Positions 13,045 through 24,639 of a DNA stretch of 64,000 nucleotides are shown one piece after another. The position numbers and the translations under genes were made by a program. Source of the DNA: Haliotis rufescens (lineage: Eukaryota); assembly GCF_023055435.1 (NCBI RefSeq), contig NW_025964361.1, positions 2,728,001 through 2,792,000 on the forward strand, read 5' to 3'. The notes beneath the pieces are model-generated. The model was not told the origin of the DNA and ran no database searches. It saw only the letters and a program-made list of their open reading frames with translations. Positions within the stretch are counted from its first letter, which is position 1; the number at the start of each line of letters is the position of its first letter.

Positions 13045-13595
13045 TTAGTCCTGAATCCGATAGCCTCATGAACCCATTAGTCAGGAACCCGTTAGTCAGG
13101 AACCCATTAGTCAGGAACCCGTTAGTCAGGAGCCCATTCGTCAGGAACCCGTTAGTCAGGAGCCCATTAGTCAGGAACCCATTAGTCAGGCGCCCATTAG
13201 TCAGGAACCCGTTAGTCAGGGGCCCGTTAGTCAGGAACCCGTTAGTCAGGAACCCATTAGTCAGGAACCCATTCGTCAGGAGCCCATTAGTCAGGAGCCC
13301 ACTCGTCGGGAGCCCATTAGTCAGGAGCTTATTAGTCAGGAGCCCATTAGTCAGGAGCTCATTAGTCAGGAGCCCGTTAGTCAGGAACCCGTTAGTCAGG
13401 AACCCGTTAGTCAGGAACCCGTTAGTCAGGATCCCATTAGTCAGGAACCCATTAGTCAGGAGCCTATTAGTCAGGAATCCGTTAGTCAGGAGCCTATTAG
13501 TCAGGAACCCATTAGTCAGGAACTCATTCGTCAGGAACCCATTAGTCAGGTGCCCGTAAGTCAGGAGCCCATTCGTCAGGAACCCGTTAGTCAGG
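13045..13595. repeat. 15-bp minisatellite (ttagtcaggaaccc[a/g])
   Basis: About 35 units. Confidence 0.95.
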
Positions 13596-14194
13596 GAAAG
13601 TCAACCTTGCGGCCTTAATACGGCTTCGTGTTGTTCTACGCTACAGGTAGCAATATCTCAGCTATAACCAGTGTGAGTATGTGAGTGAAAGCGTGGGTTT
13701 ATTTCACTGTTATCGACACATGCTATTACCTTGCAAAGTAAGCAATACCATTACGTGCGGTTATTGTTCCACTGACACTGTACATCGGATATAGTTATAA
13801 TAGATTGTTGATATCATGCAATCAGCCCTTGAGTGAAGTTACACGTCAGTATCAAGGTCATCGAGGCCATGTAGGTCAAGGCCACGCAAACGTATAGAGG
13901 GTCATTTTCCCATTTACTGCCTTGGTCTAAAGGCTGTGACAGGGTTATACTGACATATTATTTCAATGTAATTTGGGTATTCGTTACTAGCTAGATGATG
14001 TGTGACCTCAGTAAAGACTAATGTAATTAGCAGACAATCACAGTGGTTTGAATGATTTCCAGTTGGCTCGGTCATAGTTCACGTGTAAAGGAAGCCATTA
14101 TGCGATATTCATAGGATAGAAGACCAAAAGAAACACGTGACCTACATTAAAATTCACTTCGACTTCTGGCTTATGTTGGTGAGGTGAGGTGAAA

Positions 14195-14505
14195 TGGTGA
14201 AATGGGGTTTAACGTCGCGTCCAAGATTATTGCACTTATATAGCGACGTGCATGTACGTGTGTGTGTGTTTGTGTGGCTGCTTGTACTAGTCCGGACTGA
14301 TGCCGATTTATAGTGCTAGCTCAATGAGACACCATGCCGCAGTTTAACATGAATACCCCACTCAGACACAGTATACTGACTCCGAGCCGACCAGTCATTG
14401 TTTTAGCCCCTAAATGCCGAGCGCCAGACAGGGTAACAACAAGTACCATCTTTTAACGTCTTTTGGTATGACGCGGCCGGGGATCGAACCCCGGACCTTC
14501 CTCTC
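14195..14505 (-). mobile_element. tRNA-derived SINE with Meta-domain-like core (family D)
   Basis: Minus strand reads B box GGTTCGATCCC then GTCATACCAAAAGACGTTAAAAGATGGTACTTGTTG..CTGGCGCTCGGCATTTAGGGG, which resembles the MetaSINE core as recalled. Decayed second copy at ~27085-27245. Confidence 0.6.
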
Positions 14506-15061
14506 TCCAGCCAAGTTCGGCAAGGGTGGAAACGGGACTTTAATAGTCAATTAATGCCCTTGTCTTTGGAAGATGCCATGCGCCCGAAAGACGTATTTTT
14601 TAACTTATATTTTTATAACCTTCAAAGTTTCTTCTAAATGAATTTTGATGAAAGATGTAACCATGTGCAACAGCTATGACATCAAGCCTGTATGAAAACT
14701 TGACAGAGTGGTTCGACCCATATATTCACACACGATTGTCTTCTTTGTAGCACAGCCGCCCGCGGAGATATATGACGAGAAGAATGTGTAGCTGAAACAC
14801 AATGACTAATAACCATGTCCATATCGTGAGTGTTATCGAGAGAGTATTCGAAGAAGGTCAGGTCTGATATCTGAAGGAAAGCGTGTGCAACTCGGTCAGT
14901 GATAGCATCTGCAACAGTTTGGACGCTGAAGCCGCGAGGTTGTATCATCTGTTTTGTGTTTTACACCTATAACCTGTGTTTGAGCCAATCTCAAGATACT
15001 GTATATTTCAACATGTCCTTGGTTTACTTTATACTGTTTATTTCAGAGATTCACCAGAGAA

Positions 15062-18000
15062 ATGTTTGCGCTCGTTCTCCTCTTCCTGAATGCCGCGACC
15101 CTGACCTTGGGTCTAGACAACGGCCTGGCCTTGACCCCTCCCATGGGCTGGTTAGACTGGGAGCGATTCCGGTGTAATATTGACTGTGTTAATGACCCTG
15201 ACAACTGTATCGGGTACGTTCATAAAAATAACATCAAATACGATTGGTGGCTGAAAAGCCCTGCGCATAACTACGAAAGTTGTATTGTACACCCCATCTT
15301 CCAGAGGCAAGAGCGTCCGCTAGCCTATTTATCAATATCTTGTTCCCATGGCTTTGCTACAGGTTAGTGGACATGCCTGCCTCGGGAAGATTAGTTCACC
15401 CTTAACTTTGGACTTTGTCAAACCGAATTTGTTAGCTAGGGGATTTTTGCAGGTGGTATAAGAGGGCTGATTTGCTGTCCGCTTTGGCTGTTGAAGTCTT
15501 ATCTTCTTTGATGCGGGTATATACTGGGCGGGGGGCCTCGCACAATTAATCTGAAAGATTACTCCTTTGATGGCTGCTTGTTGGAGGGGGTTGGGGGGGG
15601 GGGGGGGGGGGGGGGGGGTGTTGCGGCCATTAGCTGTGGAGGATGATTCTAAGGGATGGGGAGCCAGTGAAGATGGTATCGATGTCTACTTGGTGCTTAA
15701 GTCATCTGCTGATTTGATAGAGGTCTTGCCAGTGTAGGATAGGGTGATTGTGATTGGGGCGGATTCTGGTCTGGTTGGTTTGGGTTTGGGCTGCAGTTTT
15801 TTTGGAGATGGTCCATTCATCGCATTCGTGGTTTGTCGGCTTGCTTAATATTGATTTCCCCAAAGTGGTTAACGTCTTGGACCTGCATCAGACGTCGCAG
15901 TTTCCGTTTGTTTACGTCAGAAAAAGAAAGATATATCTCGTCTGTGTTGGCAGGGAGTTGTTGTTCAAACAGACAGCTGACAGGATGGCGTCTGACGGCT
16001 GGCTGGATGCGGGGTACGAGTACATCGTCGTGGACGACTGCTGGGAGGCTGAGAGTCGCGACAGTGACGGACGTCTCTACGCCGATCCGACACGTTTCCC
16101 TGGTGGGATGAAGGCGCTGGCAGATTACGTACGTTTGGGTTTGCAACCAGAAACATCCTTTCTTATGATTTAAGGCTTTGAGGCTTTGATGTGTGATTAT
16201 TATTTTTGGCACGGAGTGTCGATCGTGCGTGTGGTTAGATTGAGATTCTTCTGAAGTTCAATATCTGGATTGTTTATACACATTTTAATCTGTAAAATGT
16301 AAATATGAACACGTTGGCTGCGGAGACAAGGTGAATGGGTGACCGTGTTCGGAAATATTGACTCATGAGCTGACTTAAGTGAGTGAGTGAGTGAGTATGG
16401 TTTTACGCCGCTTTTAGCAATATTCCAGCAATATCACGGCGAGGGACACCAGAAATGGGCTTCATACATTGTACCCATGTCGAGATTCAAACCCGGGTCT
16501 TCGGCGTGACGAGCGAACGCTTTAACCACCACTTTTAGGCTACCCGACCGCCCCTGAGATGACTTAACAGTTCTTCGGTCCTGACCACTCTGAAACACAG
16601 GTTTCATGTGGTATCTCCTTAGGCAAGTGGCTTTGTTATCCCAGCAGTGAATGTATACTCGCTAGGATGAAATGGCGCCTGCAAACCTTCTAGTGTATCA
16701 TAAGGCAGCTTGGGCTGTATACTCCTCAGGGAGCTGAGAATGAAATGCAAGTGCACACTGATCCATTGGCCGGGGTACTAATAATGCAGCACAAGAATTA
16801 ACGGTCGATTTGGAATTGTAGTTAATATAATTGTTTTATTTTTATATTTTACTTTCACAGGTTCATTCCAAAGGCTTAAAGTTCGGCGTCCACCAGGACT
16901 TTGGTCACGAGACGTGCAGCCATTACCCAGGCAGCGAGTTCTACCTTCAGACAGACGCTCAGACCTTTGCGGACTGGGGCGTAGACTTTGTGAAGATGGA
17001 CGGGTGCAACTCCGACGTCGACGACATGGACTACGGTGAGAATCAATCAGATGTCACATCCACGCAACGTGCAGCAAGACTACATTTCTGTGAATTTAAA
17101 AAAAGCAATTGTTTCTTTCTTTCGCAGGTTATCCTGCTTTTGGGATGTATTTGAACAAAACGGGCCGACCTATGATCTACTCCTGCGAATGGCCGAATTA
17201 TCAATCGCTGAAAGGCAAGATTGTAAGGAATTTTACCTACACTAAGATATCGCCAAGATGTCGAGCTGCTCAATAAATAATCAACATAATATATTCTATT
17301 CAAACTTATTTGCATGATGAATACTACGACTTGATTAAGACAATATAAAATTAAATAAAATATTAGTAAAGTAAAAATGACTCACGTCTTAAAATATCAT
17401 CTCAAATAAAACGGGATGACAGATACTATAGTATATGGTCCAGTGTTTAGAGATCACGAGAAAATGCAGAGTGGCCGATTTGGACAGAATCTCATACTCT
17501 CGTGTTTTAAGTGCAAATCAGTCCATAAAAAAACAGGCAATCGCGAGAAAGCGACATTGCGTTTTCCTTGCATGCTGCTTGTTTTCATAGTTCCAGAGGG
17601 CCGGTCGGGTAGCCTAGTGGTTAAAGCGTTCGCTCGTCACGCCGAAGACCCGGTTCGGTTCCCAACATGGGTACAATGTGTAAAGCCTATTTCTGGTGTC
17701 CCCCGCCGTGATATTGCTGGAATATTGATAAAAGCGGCGTAGAACCATAATCACTCACTCTCGAGTTTACAGTATTCCATACCAGAGTTACTGTTTCAGC
17801 CTGACTTCGCAGCGATCCGCCGTACGTGCAACATGTGGAGAAACTACAGAGACATGCAGGACAGCTGGGACAGTCTGCTGCAGACCATACAGTTCCAGGA
17901 CCAGGACAAGGGCAACTTCAGCCAGTACGCGGGGCCTGGAGGCTGGAACGACCCGGACATGGTCAGACTCGTGACAGACTACTTCTGTACCCATATAATA

Positions 18001-20201
18001 TTCTCAGAATTTAACATCGAAATGAATTCCAAGGATAAGTGCCCATGCTTGTCGTAATAGAAAAGCAAAGGGGATCGCATGTCCACAATGGCGTCTTGGT
18101 TCTTGGCCTACCCATCATTGATGAATATAGTGAGTGAGTGAGTGAGGTTTTACGCCGCTTTTAGCAATATTCCAGCAATATCACGGCGGGGGACACCACA
18201 AATGGGCTTCATTGATCAATATAGATTTTAACATCGAAAGGTATTACGGGAGGAATAGTATCCATTTAATTCATGTTTGTCGAAATAGAGATAAAATGGG
18301 GATTGTTTGTTCACAATCGGGTTTAAGTGCTTGGCAGAAAATATATACTGGCACACCACTATCAATCACAATGGAAGTTAGCATTGGAAGGTTTTCTGAG
18401 AGGAACGGTCCAGGGCCACGTTCCACAAAGCGATCGTAGCCCTACGACAGTCGGGAGCCAATGTTAAAGTAGGGGAGTTACGATCGTCTTAGCGCTACGA
18501 TCGCTTTGTGGAACGGGGCCCGGGTACCTGATGGTTTGTCGTAACAGAGTAGAAACAACGGGAATTGAAAGGCCGCAAATGCATCTATAGTGGCATCTTA
18601 GTGTGTATAAGTCTTGGATGGACGACCTGTGTGCATAATTTTCATCCTTGTGGCTTGGATTATCATTAATTGGTTGACCAAATCAACGTTACTGTCAACA
18701 CCAAATGGTCAATTTGCACATTAGATTAATATACCACCCTCCCATCCGTCTGTCCTCCGTCCGCTTTCTGTGTCCGGGGCAGAACTCCAAATCTGTTGAA
18801 TATTTCTCGTTAAAGCTATACATATCAGTCGGATGGTGACTTGGTGTCTTGGGTGATTTGGGATTTAAATTTGTTTAATTTTGTTTTGTTTTCGTGGCGA
18901 CATGTTGAAATTATTCTGACAATGCGGACAGTGAGAGATTCCGGATCAGAACTCTAAAACCGTTGAATATTTTTTGATAAAACTTGCTTTACTATCAGTT
19001 TTGAAGTGAACTGATGCCTTTTGATGATTCGGGGATTTTTACCGCCTATCCATCCATTCAAAAATATGGCCGAGACAATTGGGGATCAGGTGACCACGAT
19101 GACGGTTCAGGTTGAATTCGTCCCATCTGTATACTCCCCAGGGAGTTGATAATGATAACTGGAATGCAAACGGATCCACTGGTCGGGCAACGAATAAACC
19201 CGTACTTGAGCAGATACTAGTACCTGGATACCTGCGGTAGATTAATGTAATAATATATAATAAATAAGCTGTGATGACGTTTAGCGAATTTACCTTCATA
19301 CTTTTGATTACAATCCATCGATGATGACTTGCTTGTTGTGCTTTAACTATACACTGACTGACTGACTGACTGACTGACTGACTGACTGACTGACTGACTG
19401 ACTGACTGACTGACTGACTCACTCACTCACTCTGCAGCTGATTCTGGGGAACTTCGGGTTGAGTCCCGACATGGAGAGGACACAGATGGCGATGTGGGGA
19501 ATACTGGCGGCACCACTCATCATGTCCACGGATCTCCGGAACATTCGGAACAGCTCGAAGGCTCTTCTACAAAACAGGAGGCTGATCACCATCAACCAGG
19601 ACAAGCTGGGAGTCCAGGGAAAGAAGATCATGACGGTACAAGTTTCCTGGAGACAGGAAAAAGAAACCATTTTCTGAGAAAAATATAGTTTCCTTTTAAA
19701 TGATCTGATAATGATAAAGTTTAAAATACACAAGATAAACCTGTTTTATGGATTATTCTTAGGGACATCGGATATTAAATTTTATGGGGCGATCAATAAT
19801 TTCTGGTTTTGTCCGGTAAAAATCTCCATCTTTTATGAAAGGATTTGAGGAAGTTACCTATAGATTTATTTAACCGCGCTAAACTGAACCTAGAACCGAA
19901 CGTATTATGATAAACTCCGTTGTTTCAGGTTGGTCCTGTCGACGTGTGGATACGCCCCCTCCTCCCTACCGGTAGTGTGGGTATTGTCTTCTTCCACAGT
20001 GACGTCCTGACCCATGGCTTCCATTACCCCAGGATTACCACCGTCCAGGCCCGGGCCCTAGGGCTCACAGCGTCCCAGGGCTACAACTTGGTGGACCCCT
20101 TCGATGGCAGCTCTAAAGGCACGGTCAAACCATCAGACAGCATCAAAGTCAGAGTGAACCCTACCGGTGTCATTATGTATGTGGCTACACCAGCCTCGTG
20201 A
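15062..20201 (+). CDS. GH27 alpha-N-acetylgalactosaminidase / alpha-galactosidase A-like (NAGA/GLA family) paralog 3, complete, ~409 aa; tandem duplicate of paralog 2
   Basis: Coding exons 15062-15213, 15954-16128, 16861-17035, 17128-17222, 17800-17961, 19438-19635, 19929-20201 (1230 nt, open). Same intron positions as paralog 2 and near-identical exons. Confidence 0.95.
15586..15618. repeat. Poly-G tract
   Basis: About 26 consecutive G plus an adjacent G5. Confidence 0.9.
16379..16554 (-). mobile_element. SINE family A
   Basis: Full copy with ~13-bp TSD tgag(c/a)tgacttaa; absent from the paralogous intron of GH27 paralog 2. Confidence 0.85.
17598..17760 (+). mobile_element. SINE family A
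   Basis: Matches family consensus from head to ACTC tail. Confidence 0.85.
18130..18210 (-). mobile_element. SINE family A, 5'-truncated
   Basis: 3' half only, flanked by cattgat(g/c)aatata TSD; empty site in paralog 2 at ~10205. Confidence 0.8.
18411..18522. mobile_element. Short hairpin MITE (PIF/Harbinger-like ends)
   Basis: gttccacaaagcgatcgtagc / gctacgatcgctttgtggaac inverted repeat; decayed relative at ~37650-37747. Confidence 0.65.
19353..19431. repeat. (ACTG)n(ACTC)n microsatellite immediately 5' of a splice acceptor
   Basis: Direct reading; the acceptor AG is at 19436-19437. Confidence 0.95.
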
Positions 20202-20618
20202 AGTTAAAGGAATCCATCGAGCGATGCCCAAAGGCAGGAAGACTTAAAGTAACATGTGATGTCACAATGGAATTCCCTATTGGCACACGACACCAGCGTA
20301 ATTACAACCACCAAAATTGATTGAATGTATCTCTCTAAACAAGGACGTGTGAGTAGACCCCCAGGAGGCTTACAATATCCCAATAATGTAAGCCTCGGTT
20401 TGAAATTAAGCAGCGCTTGAAATGAGCATTCGATAGCTACCTTTATGGCTTGCTCGATGTGAGCTCGATGTTTTTGCTATGCTACATCTGCAATGTCTAA
20501 GCATGTTCAAAATAGAAGTGTTAGACCCCTGTTATGGAGTGAATGAGTGCTGTTTCACGTCGGAACGATAACAAATACTAAAGATAAACCGGTGACTGAT
20601 AGTATGAGCAGCGATCCA

Positions 20619-21058
20619 CAATCTCATTAAAATCAGATCTTAGTTTTCGCTACCGCTTAACAAAGACCAATGAAATGACTGACAAAAAATCGACATTAGC
20701 CAGCCAGAAGGCAGCTTTCTCGAACTAGTTTCAAACTGGCGACTACGCTTCGAAACATAATTTGACGTATTATCGATTAAAAAAATTAAAACTGATAAGA
20801 TGAACATTCTGGAATGGCTTTTGGATGGCCTAGATTGTATGGATATAATCATAAAACCCGTAACTGTCGTTCGGAATACCCCGTGTTAAATATTTCATGG
20901 TTGCATGATTAGAAAACATTTCGACTGTCACTTTCGTGATCTGGTAAGCGACTCTCTGATTGGTTGGATGAAAGGTCGTTCTGACGTGACCCTTAATGGG
21001 ATGTCCTCAGATCTTTGTTTAGCATAGCGAGAACTAAGATCTGCTATTAATGAGAATG
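20619..21058. mobile_element. MITE with 9-bp TSD (Mutator-like), copy 1
   Basis: TIR caatctcattaaaatcagatcttagtt..; TSD agcgatcca; empty paralogous site at ~12155. Confidence 0.85.
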
Positions 21059-21599
21059 AGCGATCCACGTCATAGGGCACGATGACAACAGTCAACCAAA
21101 TCACCGAGATGTTAACCCTTCCTCCATAGATTAGATTAGTCTGTTCCTATTTGTATGCTTGTATTAATATATGAAAATAAAATGTGATATGGTGTGATCT
21201 TTTCATTTCCCCTTGATATAAGGGGTGTTGTTTGGATAGTAGTTTCGGGGTAATTTTCTATCAACGCCTGGGCACGATCGGCCTGGTGCCACTATACTCT
21301 CAGTTGGTCAATCAATCACCCTTCTAAAACAACTAAGCACTGATATCCAGTTGATCATTTCTTAAATATATCTGATATAGACACTTATGGACAGTGTTCA
21401 CAGGAAATATGCGTGGTGACGTTGGTACATTTATGTGTGAGTGCAAATACAAGAGCACGTTTGTGAAATGGAACCTGACTAAATGCACATGCTCAATTGA
21501 CTTTGAATTTATAAACCTTATGACACGTCAACTAATAACTGGATATATTCATACATCCTTCCTGTTTCCATTTTGAAAACCTTTTCAAAGACACATACC

Positions 21600-21845
21600 T
21601 GATGTCCCGAACCAGATAATCCTGAACACGATATTCCGGAACCGGTTAGTCCTGAATCAGATACCGGTTAGTCCTGAACCAGATATTCCGGAACCGGTTG
21701 GTCCTGAACCAGATATTCCGGAACCGGTTAGTCCTGAACGAAATAATCCGGAACACGAAATTCCGGAACCGGTTAGTCCTGAACCAGATATTTCGGAACC
21801 GGTTAATCCGGAACCGGTTAGTCTGGAACCAGATCATCCGGAGCA
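21600..21845. repeat. 15/30-bp minisatellite (ccggttagtcctgaaccagatattccggaa)
   Basis: Direct reading; lies at the site paralogous to 13045-13595. Confidence 0.85.
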
Positions 21846-22136
21846 AGATACTCCTCAACACAATAGTCCAAACCCGTTCGTAGCCCTCGTAACTGAAATC
21901 AAGGGAGATGTGAAGGCGTCTTATTCTTTCACTTTGGCAACATGGCAAACAGTTCAAACAATCAACACGAAGATAATATCGCAAGGGTGTGTTGAAATAA
22001 TCTTTAGATTATCAGCTCAACTGATTAAATTAATATGGGTGCAAACACCTGACTGGGTTAGTACATAGTATATACTTGGTTCCTTTCTGTGCAGCAACAC
22101 TAGAGTTTAAATCATACACGCTTAAAACTCATATCG

Positions 22137-22335
22137 AGGGCACGGGTGGCCCAGTCGTCTAAGACGCCGCGATTCGCTGTGAAGAGTTGCGTCCCTTTGG
22201 GCACGCCAGAAACCTATGCTTGCGGGTTCGAATCCCGGCTCGCCCCGATTATGTTTCTAGGCTTGTCAGCACATTACCCGTGCTTGTGGGTTTCACCGAA
22301 ATGGTAAACGTCGGAGACCTGCATCACTTCGGGTA
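22137..22335 (+). mobile_element. SINE family B, 3'-truncated
   Basis: Head and body match 39105-39300. Confidence 0.8.
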
Positions 22336-23204
22336 CGCACGCGCAAACGTGTCAAAACGGCCCCATGTCAGAACGGCCTCAAAGGGTTAAGTCAAAACGG
22401 CCACAAAAATATCATAACAGCCACAACAACAAAAATAATCATAATGTCAGAAGGATGTGTGCAGAATATACATGTTAGATGTTATTGATTCTGAATTAAT
22501 ATCCAATGTGAACAGGATGTGTTGTTACAATCAGAGACCATATAAAAATCCCAAACTAGGCACCAGTTCACAACTAGACCTATCTATGTGCCAAGTTTGA
22601 TGAAGAAATATAGTACGGTTTTCAAGATCTGCCCGGAAACGAGGACTATCACCATTTTCAGTCTAAAGCAAAGTCGTTGCCATGGAAACTCGAAAAATAT
22701 ATGGTCTCTGTTACAATGTATTATCTTCCAGTAGAGTTCACGTGTTGTTGTTTTAACCAATGTTATCAATTTACTTTGGTCTCTGCAGTGACCAGTGCAA
22801 TCTGTTGTGAAAACATGAATAAATTTTTTATCCTCATGATGAAACCTTTCGCGGCCTGGAGATTATACAAGGGATATTATAAGGTGAAGTGAAACGCGGT
22901 TTAAGATCTCGTTCAGGATAAATGCACAAGCAGCTCCGATGGTGTTACATCAGATTCAAGTAACCATGGTCTAGCTAACTCTAGAGTTGAGACATGATAA
23001 AAATAAGCATAAGGAAAAAAGAGTCAGCCATTAATTCCTCGAATGATAGAAATAATTTGTATAAAATTATGACGTTGCTGGGTTTGAACCACTGTTTCGA
23101 GTATTCATTCTTACACGTTTAATTTCATCACTGAAGCACAGCAATTCAGAGTGACCTCCCCTTGACTTTACAAAGCCCGTTCACCAGTGTACACACGTGT
23201 GAGC

Positions 23205-24639
23205 ATGATTCGTCTGCAACAAGCCGCTCGCGGAGATCCCGAGGAGGATAAGAAGAAGGCAGAAATGGAGCTGAAACAAGCTAGAATCATGACGATACAA
23301 AATGTCATCATGTTCGGCATCACGTGTGGAATAATAAGAGGATGTAAGGAAACAAGTCCGCGTGGAACATACATGCATATAAGTTCGTTATATTTTGGAG
23401 ATGAGAATCAAGCCTTGTGGCTCGTGTAGGGTAAATAAATGTTGCAGTGATGCTCATCATATAGGTTACTTTTGAATCTGTAGTTCGGTCTTCCGACTGC
23501 CTTAAAAGCAAGTGTGAACAGAATTTGCCGTTAAGGAATTTCTTCTTAAAGTTTGAAGGTGATTCAATGTCAATTTTATGTAGCTAAAGGGGACATTGGC
23601 AAGACTTCCGCCCTTATCAGCGTTAGAAATTGGCACTAGTCCTATAGCCCTTACCAAAATGCCCAATAGTAAAGGTATCCTAAGGACTAGTTGAAATTGG
23701 CCCATTTTAAGGGTTTTGGTATATGTTATCATTATAAGGACTAGTGGACAAATAGAGAATCTCACCCTCGTGTCTTTTGATATCAAATATATCAACACGA
23801 GTTGATAAAAGTGGAAAAATTCCGAGGCTTGCCGAGGATTTTTGTCACTTTTATTAACGAGTGTTGATATATTTGGTATCAAAAGACACGAGGGTGAGAT
23901 TTTATTTATCATCCAACATCATTCTTTTTCAATTTGTAGACAGTAATTAGCAGTGTCTTCAGTGTAAAAAGTACTGCTAACAGCTTCAGTAGCAGAGCCA
24001 TTAGTGATGTCATTTGATTGTGACGTCATGGTAACCAGTGATGTCACAATGGTCTGCAAAGCATTGTGATGTAATTTCATCTAATCCAAGCGATATCTCC
24101 TGTGGGAGCCAGTTTTGGATGATAAAAACTGTTAGTTTCTAACCCTGCTTATCCCCCCTAAAAATGTATATGACTAAAAAGATTGATAGGTAATACATAC
24201 TTATACATCTTTAGGAGGGTATTCGGACGGAAGTCTTTCCAGGACATTTTCGTATGTTCCAAAAGGGTACTGCATAAATTAACCTTTGTATGTGGAAATG
24301 TACCCTGGCTGAAATAAAAATTCAGAAGTGTACAGAAACCTAGTCTTACCCTACGTAACTGATTTACTTCTTGACAGGAATTTGGATTATTAAAAAAATC
24401 CAGATTATTAAAAAAATCCAGGTGTTACAGGCGAGAGTTTTACCATTGGAGGATCCATTCAACAGTGCAGCACAAAACTGGTTCTTCCTGTATCATGGTA
24501 TGCTAAACAGCAGTAAAATCAATCATGGTGTATCTCTTGGAGTTAGAGAGAATAGAGAGCTTAACAACCAAAGAAGAGCTAATTTTCCTATATCTGTTTC
24601 TTGTCTTCAGTGCCATGGGTGATGCAGCAGATCATGTAG
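23205..24639 (+). CDS. TOMM5: Mitochondrial import receptor subunit TOM5 homolog (55 aa, 2 exons)
   Basis: Exons 23205-23343 (donor T|gtaagg) and 24611-24639 (acceptor ttgtcttcag) splice to MIRLQQAARGDPEEDKKKAEMELKQARIMTIQNVIMFGITCGIIRGLPWVMQQIM*. Matches recalled human TOMM5 layout (MFRI..[28 protein letters not shown]): DPEE motif and C-terminal TM segment ending R-x-x-P. ATTAAA follows near 24904. Confidence 0.8.
23618..23750. repeat. Interspersed ~130-bp repeat (transposon-end-like), also at ~39729-39855 and ~44075-44215 (-)
   Basis: cagcgttagaaattggcact(a/g)gtcctatag..ggac(t/a)agtggac is shared among the copies. Confidence 0.65.
23758..23901. repeat. Long inverted repeat (~65-bp arms, short GC-rich loop) in the TOMM5 intron
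   Basis: aatctcaccctcgtgtcttttgat..[gaggcttgccga]..atcaaaagacacgagggtgagatt. Confidence 0.85.

Noticed and set aside
13068-13559. 163-aa (NPLVR)n ORF
   Set aside because: Translation of a 15-bp minisatellite; no gene context.
15360-15855. Possible LINE ORF1 fragment around the poly-G tract
   Set aside because: Composition suggests a retroelement remnant but I recognise no diagnostic motif.
18735-19070. Possible Helentron/DINE-1-like fragments with (TCCG)-like repeats (also ~22540-22700, 41460-41645, 46200-46360)
   Set aside because: Too decayed to define ends or family by eye.
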